Positions 1-11,668 of a stretch of DNA of 64,000 bases are shown here, piece after piece. A program made the position numbers and the translations under genes. Numbering within the stretch: position 1 is the first letter of the stretch; each line of letters begins with the position of its first letter. Below the pieces are notes generated by a model. That model had not been told where the DNA came from and did not search any database. It worked only from the letters and a program-made list of their open reading frames with translations. This stretch comes from Vicugna vicugna (taxonomy: Eukaryota): the NCBI GenBank assembly GCA_013265495.1, contig MU059441.1:248001-312000 (forward strand), given 5' to 3'.

Positions 1-3000
1 ATTAGGCAGACTTGATCAAAGTAACAAAATATATCAGACACTCTGGTAATTACAAAACCTTAAAAGCAAAACTGTACTGAAAACGCAGCGCAGCTGACGG
101 CCTGGCTCCAGGCAGCCCTGTGTCTGCCACAAGCACTTCCTCCTGAGACGCGCTCAGCACACACCTTTGCTGACCAGAAGAGCCGTGACCATGCTTGTGC
201 GCCTAGGGTCCTTCCATCACAGCTCCTGCAACAGATTCGGCCCCTCCGCTCCCACGGAGCCCAGGCAGCACGGCCTGCCTCGCTTTTGACAGAGGTCTGA
301 CCCCATCTTGTAATCAGATAAACACACTGAGAAACGTCTAAAGGAAGACCCTACCCTGACAGCCACTACGGAGTAACTCAGGAAGGCATCAAATGCCTCT
401 TCTCAAGTTCCTTTTAAAAGCAGGCGAGGCTTAGATGACGTCTGCCTAACATCACCGTCCAGTCTCATGACAAACAAGAGGAACCCGAGCCTCCTGCTGA
501 TCCCACGGTGACTCAGAGCCCGCTGTGGCGGTCGCCCCATGTTACCCACGAAGCAGCACCTATGCTCAAAGCCTGGCTTTCACTCACAAACATGGGCGTG
601 CAGGCTATTCAACTACAGGGAAACTGAGGAAAAGCCACGAGACCGATCAGCAGTGAACTCCACTCATTTCCCAGACACCATGATGCCATGTTCTCTTCAT
701 ACTCGTGGGAAGACAGGGTCTACGCTGCTGCAACACCGGTCGGGAACTGGAGCCCGACCGCACTGTCGCTGAGACGGTGCAGAGGTGCTGACTCACGACA
801 GCAAACAGGACCAGTTCTCACAACAGTGTCAACCACACACTCAATCCAACAGAAACCAAATAAATCCTCAAGATACACCTTCATTCCAGCGTCCGAGAGC
901 CCGGTGACCCCACGGACACCACGTCACATTCAAAAGGGCCACTGTGGCTGAGGGTGGGGCTCGAACGCCAGGGTCCCTTCTCTCCAGTCACTCCCGCGTC
1001 CCAGGGCAGAAGGCCAGGCTCGTGTGGCCACTGGACGCTGCGGCCCGCCCGGGGCTCTCGCCTTAGGCAGCTGCTCCTGCAGGGCAACAGCAGAGGCTGC
1101 GAAAGGCAAGGCTGTGGTGAAGGCACACCCCCGGCCCCTGCACAACGCTCACCCCTGGGGAGGCCCACGGGGGGACGGGCAGCTGGCCTGGGTCCACCCG
1201 CACAGACTTGTCCCTGGGCCGGCCCAAGGGGCCTAGCTGAGGGGCTCCAGGAGACACTGGCTCGTGTACCCCCTCCCTGCCAGGTGACGCGGGAGGTGAC
1301 TGGTTTTGGACGCAGAGGCCACCTCCGGAAGGAAAGTGCCAGACAGCCTGCAGAGCTCCTGGACTTGACGCACCTCCCTAGGCAACTCAAGGTCAGGAAA
1401 GGTCACTGCAGAGGGGACACCTCCTCATGGTCCCAGCCCCAGGCCGCGTGCCACTGTGCATGTGAGGAGGCTGCAAGGGAAGGAGGCAGGGCCACAGGAA
1501 GGGACAGCGACCCCCATGGATGCCAGGCACCCCCCGACCCACTGCTCAGGGGAGAACACCTTCACAGTCAGGGCTGTCGGGGTGGGGGTCACATGACCCG
1601 AAAGACTCTGTGCCACCTGACAATGCATCATCAACGTTCAAGGCAGTGAAAGCCACTCCCTCACCCGGAGCTGGTTAAGGACACCCGTCTCCCTGTGGGT
1701 ACTGGAAGGCAGGCTGAACAAACAAGGGTCTCCACGCAGAACCCACGACGACCCCACAGCCCCGAGTCCCCACCAGTAAAGGACCACGGCACTAAATGCA
1801 ACGTGACTGACTTACACTGATCACCAGAAAAGTCAAAACTTCCTTTCTCATGGTGGAAATGCACAGACTCTTACAGGGCGAGGCTGTCTTCGCACTGAAC
1901 TGAATTTAGCCTCAGCGTTCTCCACGTTTATCTGAAACGCTGATCTTCACGGGGGAACTTTCGGGAAGGGAGTCCAGCCAGCAAGGACACTTCTGGTACG
2001 CGGACCTCAGAAGACCCCCAGGGCAATGAGCACGTCACTAGCAGAGCCAGCTGGCCCGTCTGTGCGGCCCCGCACCCACTGGCTTGTCCACGAGCCGCCT
2101 GAGCCCCATCCCGCCTCCCAGAGCCACAGCAAGAACTGGGTGAGGCCGGCAGCACAGAGCCTGGCGTGGACGGGTGCCCGCGAGGGCCTCGTAACCAAGG
2201 CCCTGCACTGAGGCCCCCGGGCACCGGCCGGCCCTCTACCCCCGCAGAGGAGAGGCCTCACCCGCCCAACCCGCCCCCAGTGCAGGGGAGTCCCGAGGTC
2301 CTCGTCTGGACCAGAGGGACCATGCCCTCGACTCTCCCAGGGACAGGGGCTCTCACAGCGCCCCCACTGTCACGGGCAGTGGGGGCACCGGGGGCAATTC
2401 TCTCAGTTCCTTACGTGTTTAAGCCTACACAGCCCGTGAGAAGACGCCCTACAAAATGTGCTTCATCACAAGGAAAGATACTCCTGCTGTTAGCAGCAAA
2501 AAGCAGGAAATGTGTATCGTTTCTTCAAAACGCGTTCACAGGAGGAAGATGAACATCACAGCGTGAGGACGTGGTGTTCCCTGGGGGGTGGGGCTGCAGG
2601 GGGGTAAGAAGCCACCTTCATCTTCCCAGAGAGGAACCCGGCGCTGCCAGGCCCACTCACCACACGCCCACACCCGTCCCCGCGTGCCCCCGCCCCTCGG
2701 GCCGGCCCACCTCAGACCCCCCAGGCGCCTGGACCTAGGCCCAGCGCCTCCTAGCATTTTCTTTTCCGAAGATGCTCGGAGAGTCTCACCAAGTCGTTCT
2801 TCCCGATGAACTGAAGACTTACAGGGGTTTTCCTGCAAGTTCCTTTGGGGCTTTAAAGGAACTGAATAAAAGATGTAGATTAACACTGAAAACAGCTTGC
2901 ATCCAGGCCCAGGGCAGGCGCTAAGCGGGCCTCACACAGGCGCAGTGCGTCTGTCACCGGTGATCCCGAGACACGTCACCACTTTTACTGCTACCGTGAG

Positions 3001-5049
3001 TGACACTCACCTTTCATTGTTTTTTCTGAATATTCTAACAGAAAAGCTCCTGACCTGATACTCGCAAAGTTACTGTACAGCGAGCTACCTAACCCTGCTC
3101 CTGCTTCTGACCACCTCGGTTGGCTCCCTTGGGTTTTCCGATCACGGGAAAGTCATCGCTGCTCCTTCCCGTTCCCCTGCGTTCCCCTAATCCCCACCCC
3201 GGTGAAATGCCCGCCCTCGCTGCCCCGCTGCCCCTTCCCCGCCTGCGCACAGCGGGGAAAGACACAGCTGGTGGCCAGTGGCACTTGCTTACGGGGAAAC
3301 CTTCCTGGTCCCCACTGGTTAAGGCTTGTGACGTCCCCCATTAGCAATGAAGCCTTGTACCAGCCGCCTCGTCTGGCGTCGGTGGGGACTCCAGGTCTCC
3401 CTGGGCTCCTGCTGTTCTGCTCCAGCACAGCCCTGTGGAGGGTCTGTGGTCAGAGTCTGTCCAAGGCTCTCTGGGGGCATTCAACGTGCGCGACCATGTG
3501 GCATGCCCGGGACAGAGCACCTCTCCCCTCACCCCTGCGGTCCACGTCCTGTAAACTGGCACCTCTCCCCCAAGGCCATCCTCACTCGCAGGGACTGAAG
3601 GAGCGCCCTGTCTCAGAAGTGCTGCTCTGCCCACTCCCGGGGGGTCAGGGCCGGGCTGTCACCACTCCTGGGTGGCTGTGAGACGTCCCAGCAGGCGCAG
3701 CGGGGACCCTACGCCTGGCTTCTGTTGCCCCAGGAGTCCTGGCCCACAGGTTCCTACCTGACTGCTCTGCAGTCGCCCTGGCGGCTCCGCTGAAACAGTG
3801 CAGGAGGAGGCAGCCCGTCTGCCCCTGGGACCTGGCTCCACGCTGGCTCTGTCCCCTGAGCAGGCCTCCCCACTCACACCATGCTGACCTAGGCGGGGGG
3901 ACCCCAGGACCCCTGATCTCCCCGCTGCCTCCCTGTCCCTATGGTTTATTTTCAGCAGAGCAGCTGGCATGATCCTTTAAAAACTACCACGTCCCTCTTC
4001 TAATGACGCCCTCTGACGGCCCACCTGGCTCTCGGGGAAGCCCAAGTCTGATGGGGCCCCGGGACCCCACAGCCTGGCCTCCATCCAGCTCCGAGCACGT
4101 CCCCAAACACGCTCCCTGGGCTCAGTCACCTGGACAAAGACCCTGTGCTGACCGCACCCCTGGACTCGGGCCTCACAAGGGCTGTCCTTCGCCCAGACTG
4201 GTCCACGCGGACCCCTCCTCGCAGCAGGGCCTCTGCCTGACCTTCCTGTTGTGCTCACGGTCACCGTCCGACTTACCGCCGTCCCTCATTATCCACTGTC
4301 TGTGCCCCGCGTGTCCATCCAGCCCGCGGCCTGGGCACAGCCCCAGGAGCCCTCTCTCTGCTGCCTCTCGGGCCAGTCCCATCCTCGCCTCCTTCGGGGC
4401 CTGCCCACTTTGTGGAACGATCTCCTGGGTCTTTCGCAGCTGTTGCTGCCACTGTGAGGGCCAAGCTGCTTCCCCCCCCAGGCTCCTCTGGGTTCTGCAC
4501 TCTGGCGTTAGCATGAACCCCTGCTGTGTGACTTCGGGGTTTCACTTTGTTTCCCCTTAACTCTAACCTTCTAACTACTTCCGTCCAGAACAGGTCTCTT
4601 CTGGACGACACATGGTTGGGATTTTGCTCTCTGGCCCCGGCAAAAGCCAGGGGGCCCCGCGCACGCCACCGTCTCTGCCGCCGTCGTGGGGCTGCCGGGG
4701 TGAGCACCGCGCCTTCCTCCCAGGGCCCCTGCCCTCGGGGTGCAGAGAGCTCACGCGGTTTTTTTCAAGCTTACTTTGCTATCAGTTTCAAGGACAAAAG
4801 TTTCTTTTTTATGTTGAGAAAACATTTCTGGCTTATTTGGGGGAGAGCCTCGATACTGAAGATAAAGAACTTTTCCACACTGGAGAGCAACCCAAAGGGA
4901 ACTGCCTTGGTTTCAGACCCTACATCCCATTTTGCACCACGTTCAGAGCACACATTTCCTAAGAATCGAGGCGCACTTTGCACTGAGCTACACGGACTGT
5001 GTTTACACGACCAGAACAGTCCTGCTCCTGCAGCTTCTCCGTTCTCGGA

Positions 5050-5285
5050 CCTACTGCACCACGTCCTGAAACCCAAAAGCCCCCAAACCCAGGTTTTTAC
5101 CAAGTTTGCTGCCAACACTAACGTAGCAGCAACACGTGACCTGAACACACCAGAAAACTATTTGTTGCCTTGACTCCACTTGAGTTAATGTGTGTCAACT
5201 CAGAACTGGTCGTGCTAAGAACCACAGAACCACGTCACCGTGTTACCGTCCTAAAGTGCAAGACATTCCAAATTCAAAACCAGCA
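5050..5285 (+). mobile_element. Degenerate TcMar-Tigger (MER46C-like) DNA transposon fragment
   Basis: Runs such as accaagtttgctgccaacact and gtgacctgaac resemble the recalled consensus. Confidence 0.35.
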
Positions 5286-7088
5286 GCATGGGTCAACCTG
5301 CATGAATCCACTTCCCAGCACCGCCCACCGCGTGTCTCAATGCAGCCATGTCCAGGGGCACCGCGTGTAAGCACACACCACACCCGGGCCTCAGTTCTGA
5401 GACGCCCAGGAAAGGAACCGGGCCCCAGAGACGCAGCTGATTCCGGGGCTGGGGTCAGGGTATCATCAGGCGAGCCTGGTGGTGCGAGGAAGTCAGGGAA
5501 GTGCCCCCAAGGCCAGGACAGGAGTCCAACTGCCAGGGCTCTCAGCAGCCAAAGCTGGAACAATTTGGGCAGCAAAATAAACACTGACATACCGATTATA
5601 ATCCAGGATTGATCACAGTAACTGAAAGGGCACAGTGAACACCCCTGCATCCGTCCTGATGCAACTGAATGAGCAGAGGGTGAGGGACAGCTCTCCTCAC
5701 ACAACCTGGTGAAAACCACTGTGACGCCAGCGCAGGCACAAGGGCACGGGAGCCACCCTCCACGCCAGGCAGGGCTCCGAGGAGACAGGGCAAAGGTGAG
5801 CCTCCACTGCTGTCTTCACAATGAAGGCGGCACCTGGCAGGTTCCAGACTTCTATTTCCCTTAATAAATTGCTCACATCAACGAGCAGATAAAAACACTC
5901 TGACCACGCCTGGAGGATGCAGAGAAACCAGCTCATTATTTTGAAAACCGACAGAGAAAGACTCAGACATTTGCCCTGACTTCCCCGTATGAAATGACAC
6001 AGAAAGAGCACAGACCACCCTCCCGCAGCCCCTGGGACGAACAGGCCCAGAATCCTGGGTGTCCACAGCCACGCACAACAGGGACCAGGCATCAGGGCCG
6101 CAGCACAGACCTCACCGCCTGCACACTTGCCCCCAGGCCCTCACTCCAGAGCAGGGCTCTGGCAGTCACGACCGACCTCCAGGGAACACGGAGGTGAAGG
6201 AGCCTGTGAAGCCGACGCGTCAGCCGCACAGACCACCCAGACACTCCCACACATGCGGGAGGGACGGGAACCAACGAATGTGAACGAGACCTGAAAACGC
6301 ACCCACCAGCAGTGACACAGGGGCCCCACCCGGACTGACTCAAAGAGACAGACAGAAAACACGGATGCGTCTGAAACCAGTGAGAATTATGACACTCGCT
6401 AGACACTGATTTTAAGGAAAATGTACCGTTAACTCTTACAGAGGCAGGAACAGGACGTGCCTGTGGTCAGTGTCCCTACCTGCTTAAAAGCCGATGCTGA
6501 AGTACTAACAGAAGCAGTGATGACAACGCAGCCACCTCCCCGATGCCGCCGCATCCCAGTCCCCTAACTCCGCCCACCACGGACCCGCCCTCTCTGCAGG
6601 CGCGCCTGCCTCGCGACTGCAGGCCCTGCTCAGACACAGGGACAGTGACGGTGACACCACGTTCGTCATGGGACAGTATTTGCTTTAAAAAAAAACCTGA
6701 CTGACAAGAAGTAGGGAGTTAACATTACTTGAAATGAACTACATTAAGAACAGAAAAATGCAAAATTGCATACTGATAACCTACGTAACTCTCAATGTTT
6801 CTACAAAAATTCTACACAAGCATAAAAGAAAAGTGAAATTTACAAAGTAACATTCGAAGAACCCAGCGTTACCTTCACAAAAGGCTTTACACGGTTTCCC
6901 TGTCTCACTTTCAGGGCAGGCGGATGAGGCCACAGACCAGCAGGTCTTGTCTGATGCACTCAGATGTTTTTTTAAAAGCTCCAAAGAAGGCGCTGACGTT
7001 TGCCAGGAGAGGGTTTCCTGAGCTGGGCACCCGTGAGGCCGCCCGCCGCCCGCCCTCAGCCCGGCTGCTGCCCCGCGCGCAGCCTCAC

Positions 7089-7173
7089 CTGCGTGGCCCC
7101 CAGCTCCTCTCTGCTTTCTTTCCTGGGCTTGCTGAATGGCTCTGGAGTCAGTTCTCGCTGGGCCCCCGCCTTC
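7089..7173 (-). CDS. ZXDC: ZXDC coding exon 7 (EGGGPARTDSRAIQQAQERKQRGAGGHAG); later exons lie left of the window
   Basis: 85 nt between ttggtctcag and gtgagg; phase 0 in, phase 1 out; resembles recalled human ESGGSARTDYRAIQLAKEKKQRGAGSNAG. Confidence 0.9.
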
Positions 7174-7347
7174 CTGAGACCAAAGAAAAGCATGTCAGTC
7201 ACTGGATCCAGACGGCAGAGGCGGGGTCAGGGCTGCGTCCTCAACACGGGCTCCTGCAGAGGCTGGCAGAGAACCAAACGCCACGTCTGGTGACAGTGAC
7301 AGTGACACTGACAGCTGGGCGGAACCAGAGTTGGAACTAGGCAGGGT

Positions 7348-7375
7348 TTTATTATCCAGAGAAGCAAAGTTTATT
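7348..7375 (-). terminator. Twin AATAAA polyadenylation signals in ZXDC intron 6
   Basis: Plus-strand TTTATT at 7348-7353 and 7370-7375; minus-strand TGTA at 7407-7410; use is inferred. Confidence 0.6.
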
Positions 7376-8613
7376 CCTCCAAAGTCTAAAACATATCAAA
7401 AGACTGTACACAGAAACGCGTATAAAACGCACGACACCCCCCCGCGGCTGGAACCCATGGGGCGCCCGCCCCCGGCGGCCAGGGCTCACTTCCCACCGCC
7501 TCTCATCTCAGAAGGGGCCGCGGGGCTCCAGGGGCTCCACTCGGTCTCAAGGGGCCCGCCGTGCGGGTGTGGAAGCGCCCACAGGAGACCCACGGCGGGG
7601 CTGGGCTGTACCTGGGGCCCGTCCACCACTCGCCATCTGTGCTCGGGGAACTGCGGCAGCCCAGCGTCACAGAGCTGGCGAGAGAACGGACAGGGTCAGG
7701 GTCAGGGTCCGCGAGCGCCCCTCCTGCAGCCGCCCCAACCCCCGCCCTGCCGGGCCTGGCTGGCGACAAGTGACTGCTGCTCAGGCAGAACAAGTGAGCC
7801 CTGGCTCCGTGGACGAGGGGCTGCCACGTCTCTTATGGCTGACAGAAACACAGAGGAATTCGCTTTTTAAAAAATTGTGGTAAAGTAAGAGTTAACTTTT
7901 TAAATAACAAGCATCACCAACGAATCTAACCTGCACCACAGAGAAAAGCTACAGGGCCATTCACACCGGAGACCGAGGAAAGCCCCTCCGAAGGGCCTCT
8001 GGTCAAGTGACTTCAAATTACGTCACAGTAAACGTCCAGCTGATATAAATACAACTAAAGCGTGTTAACTGTCGAGCCTGAGAATCGAAGAAGTGCTCTT
8101 TCAACTCTCCACAAACCAGGCTCGCAGACCACCCCCTTCTCCTGTTAATTCTCATTAAATTTTCTGCGTAGTTCTGGTTTGTCAAATCTTAACGACAGCT
8201 GCTGTCGCGATTCCTCCTGGTCACGAGCATGTCTAAGGACCGACACTGCGTGACAAACTCAAGGGCAGGACATTTCAACGTTGTCAAATACCCCAGATGT
8301 TCTTCAGGAAAAGACACACGTTGTCACGAAATCACAGAACTCACAAAGACCTTAGAAATCGTGTCGCCCAAAGACCCTCATTTTAGAAACAAGTGAGAAT
8401 TTAAGGCTCAGACAGGGTCAGCGATTTGCTCAAGGCTGTGAAACCCAGTCAGTTCCAGCCTGGAGGGCAGGATGCAGATTTCCAGAGCGCGGCCCAGGCT
8501 CTGTCCTGCCGCGCACCAGAGAGAACGTCTGCACAGAAAGGGTTATCCGAAACACTGCCAGGCGGCTGTGAGGCGAGAGCTACGTGCTGGTGACTGAACA
8601 GAGCGCGTCATAC

Positions 8614-9245
8614 CAAGTACAAGCTGCCGGTCCCCGCACCGCGCCCCACGTCTCTCTGGAGACTGGGCTCCTCCACGGGTCGGGCCGCCCCTCCACTGTG
8701 CTGCGGCCGCCCGGCAGCGTCGGGGCCAGGAGGCAAGTCCGGCTCCACTTTGATTGGAACCAGCAGCTCCGGGACACTGGTGCTTCCCTGGGGGCTGCCT
8801 GCCGAGGTCAGCAGGGAGGCGCTGGCGGCAGGACTGCTGCTGGCGGTCAAGGCCTGTGGGTCCTGGCTCAAGTTCCCCAGGGGCAGAGCCAGGAGACAGC
8901 CCAGCGCGCCCGCAGCCTGCACGTCGTCCACAACAAAGCTGCTCGGCTGCAGGACTGCGGCTGCCGTCCCGAGGACGAGGGGGCCGTCCAGGCTCGGGGG
9001 AACGTCACTGTGGGCCACCAAGACCAGCGGGTCCATCGGCCCCAAGGACCCATGACTGGCAGGGAGGCTCCCTCCGAGAGAGGAGCTCACAGAAGTCACG
9101 TCGATGGTCAGGATTCCAGCGCTCAGCACCTCGTCAGGGGCCCCGGCTGCACCACCGCCCTCCCCCGGTGGGTCGGAGAAGAGAGCTGCCAGGTCCGTGG
9201 GGCCACCGAGGCTGCTGGTGGGTGCGGCCAGCGGAGGAAAGAGGT
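8614..9245 (-). CDS. ZXDC: ZXDC coding exon 6, activation region (DLFPPLAAP...GILTIDVTSVSSSLGG...PIKVEP...GTGSLYL)
   Basis: 632 nt between ccttttccag and gtatga; frame continuous with exons 5 and 7; contains SUMO consensus IKVE at 8743-8754. Confidence 0.93.
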
Positions 9246-11497
9246 CTGGAAAAGGAACGGGGAGCTCTGGTTACCTTGGGCCCCTACAAGACCGGGAAGT
9301 TCTGTCAAGCTGCTGGTGAGTGGGCGTCCAGGGCACCCCTGCTGACTCCCCGCACCCGCTGCCTGGCCCTGCAGGCGCCACAGCCACCAGGCGCTCTGCG
9401 CCACTGCCCCAGTCCTCCAGACCAAGGGAGGGACGTTTCCTAAGGTTATGTTACCCAGTACCAGGGACACAAGACTTGGAATCCCACTCTCCCCAACCTC
9501 AACACTGTCTTCTCTCTGCCACACCATAGGAGCTGCCCAGAGGACCGTGAACTCCCCCGGAGCACAGCCCCTCAGGAGCCGGGCACACGTGGTCTCGGCT
9601 CTGGGGACACCGCAGAGTCGGCCTGTGTCAGTCGACGACTCACTCAACCCTCCACCCGGCTGCACAGCAAGCCGCCACGTCAGAGCAGACCTCGGCCACC
9701 TGCGGGGGCCAGTGGGGAAGGGGCCTGCCTCGTCTGACTGCGGGCTGGCCCCACAGGGCCCCCGACGGCCCCAGCCACTCTGCTGCCCAAATCTCACGCT
9801 CCCTGAGCAGCGGGCACGGGCCTGGCCTGAGGCAGCACTTAGCAGCTTGAGTAGAAGTTAAGTCTAGCAGCGTCCCTCTTCATTCAGTCTTCACCGTGCG
9901 TCCTAACACCCTTCCGATATCTGTTATTCAATTAATTTAAACAATCAGAGTACCCTTGGGGAAATGATGAACACTAACACACTTTAAAAAAGTGCCAGTG
10001 AACGCTCACCTTGGGAGCTGCGCACAAGCCCACCCGGTCAGCCCGAGCCCAGGGCTCCCCAGGCCCCGGGCAAACAGGGGCAGAGGCACAAAGAACTCGC
10101 GCAGCGGAGCCCAGCGAGGCCCTTCGCCATCCCTCCGGCACGACCGCCCACACCCTCCGGCAGCGTCTCCCAAACCCGCACTTCCGGCACGGACCTGCGA
10201 CGTTTCCAACGCAAACCCACCACAGAAATCCAGTCTGCGCACCACCCCCACCATGAAAGCACACCAACCAACACCAGACCGCACCCTCAGTGGGCGCGCT
10301 GCTCCCAAGTTCAGAAACCGGCCCAGCGGCTACTGCTTTGGAGCTCCCAGCACCAACGAGACGTTTTAAAAGAAACAGCACTAATTCTTTGGAGAAATTA
10401 AAAATGGAAAACTGTGTCTTTTTCAAGACCTTCCAAAGATTCCCTTGACTAAATCTCAAGGATTCAGCTCCCTGTGAAACTATAAAAATAATCTCATGCA
10501 AAGAGATAAGTTTCTGATTAAGCATTTTCCTAACCCCACAAACATTCACTGAGACCTGCTACATGTGAAGACCAGACACTCAAAGACCACGACAGAGACA
10601 CGACCGCAGAGCGGCCTGGCTGCAGCACCTCCTGCCAGTGCGACCTCAGGCACATGCTCCTCCCTCCTCAGCCAGCCGGTGAGGGCGGCAAGACCCACCC
10701 AGGACCACGTCAGCGGCGCCCTGACACCAGCCCCGGGCCTGGCAGTCAGCCCAGGATACGGACACCCGCCAGCACCCACTTCTCACGAGGTGAGACTGTG
10801 ACAGCCTGTCACCTACCGACACACGGCCACGTCACACCACGTCCAAAGGCCTGCGACACGTGGCTCGCAGACCAGCGCCTGTCACACAACCAGGCCCCGC
10901 CAGGTGCAGCAAGTCTCTCGGGCCCCAGGGAGCAGGGCTGGGAAGGGCTCTAGGGCAGAGGCAGCCACGGGGCCCCCCGACTCCCCAAGCCCTGTCAGGG
11001 GACGTGCACTTGGCCTGGACAGGCAGGGTTCTAAGTCCCAGGCCGCCAGGGAGCGGGACGGCCAGGCTCCACGTGCCCAGAGTCATCCCCCTGGGCGACC
11101 ACGAGATTCTGGTCCCCTCTCTGCCCTCCCGACACGGTCTGTTCTGTCTTCAAGTTCGAGGACTTCCCTGGGCCACAGGATGGACAGGAGTAGGCAGTGG
11201 GACTAAGACTCGGAACTCAGGACAGGTCGCATGGGCGGAGGATGAGGAGACAAGGCCAGAGAGGCCAACTATGCAGAAGACAGACAGCCTTCAAGGGCAG
11301 CACTTCAGAGACAAGGGAGTGGTTACGGGTCAGAGGCAGGAGAGGCCACGAGGCACGGCAGCTGTGGCGCCCGGCCTGGGAGAGGGCACCGGACAGGAGC
11401 CACCTAGCCACGCGCCAGATGACCTCTGAGCGGAGCCAAGGAAGGACCCGCATCTGGTCTCACGTGTCCCGCCCTCAGAGGGGTGAACGGAGCCGAC

Positions 11498-11668
11498 CTG
11501 GGGGCCGGCGGTGCTGTCTGACCATGTGCGCCTTCATGCTGTGTTTGGAGGTGAAGAGCCGGTCACAGCTGGAGACGGGACACCGGCTTTTCGGGGCAGC
11601 CACGTCCTGCAGGTGCTTCTTGGAATGAATGTAGAGACTGCTCCGTGCGGAGAACCTGGCGCAGCACC
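11498..11668 (-). CDS. ZXDC: ZXDC coding exon 5 (end of finger 9, finger 10)
   Basis: 171 nt, cccag acceptor, gtcggc donor; GCCARFSARSSLYIHSKKHLQDVAAPKSRCPVSSCDRLFTSKHSMKAHMVRQH. Confidence 0.95.

Noticed and set aside
4271-4279. Consensus minus-strand donor GCG/gtaagt
   Set aside because: No convincing upstream acceptor at exon distance and no protein similarity
4547-5173. 208-aa plus-strand ORF crossing AT-rich DNA
   Set aside because: Alternative start codon, no homology recognised, and it runs into a DNA-transposon relic
539-6984. Dozens of 60-230 aa ORFs in ZXDC intron 7, and a peptide near 1928-2224 faintly like ZXDC exon 8
   Set aside because: No recognisable protein family, composition dominated by Pro/Gly/Arg/Ala, and no matching splice sites; exon 8 more probably lies left of the window
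8584-9443. 253-aa and 229-aa plus-strand ORFs
   Set aside because: Antisense shadows of GC-rich ZXDC exon 6
10430-10520. AT-rich patch in ZXDC intron 5 with a good minus-strand acceptor at 10472 followed by an in-frame TGA (possible poison exon)
   Set aside because: No credible donor or poly(A) signal downstream
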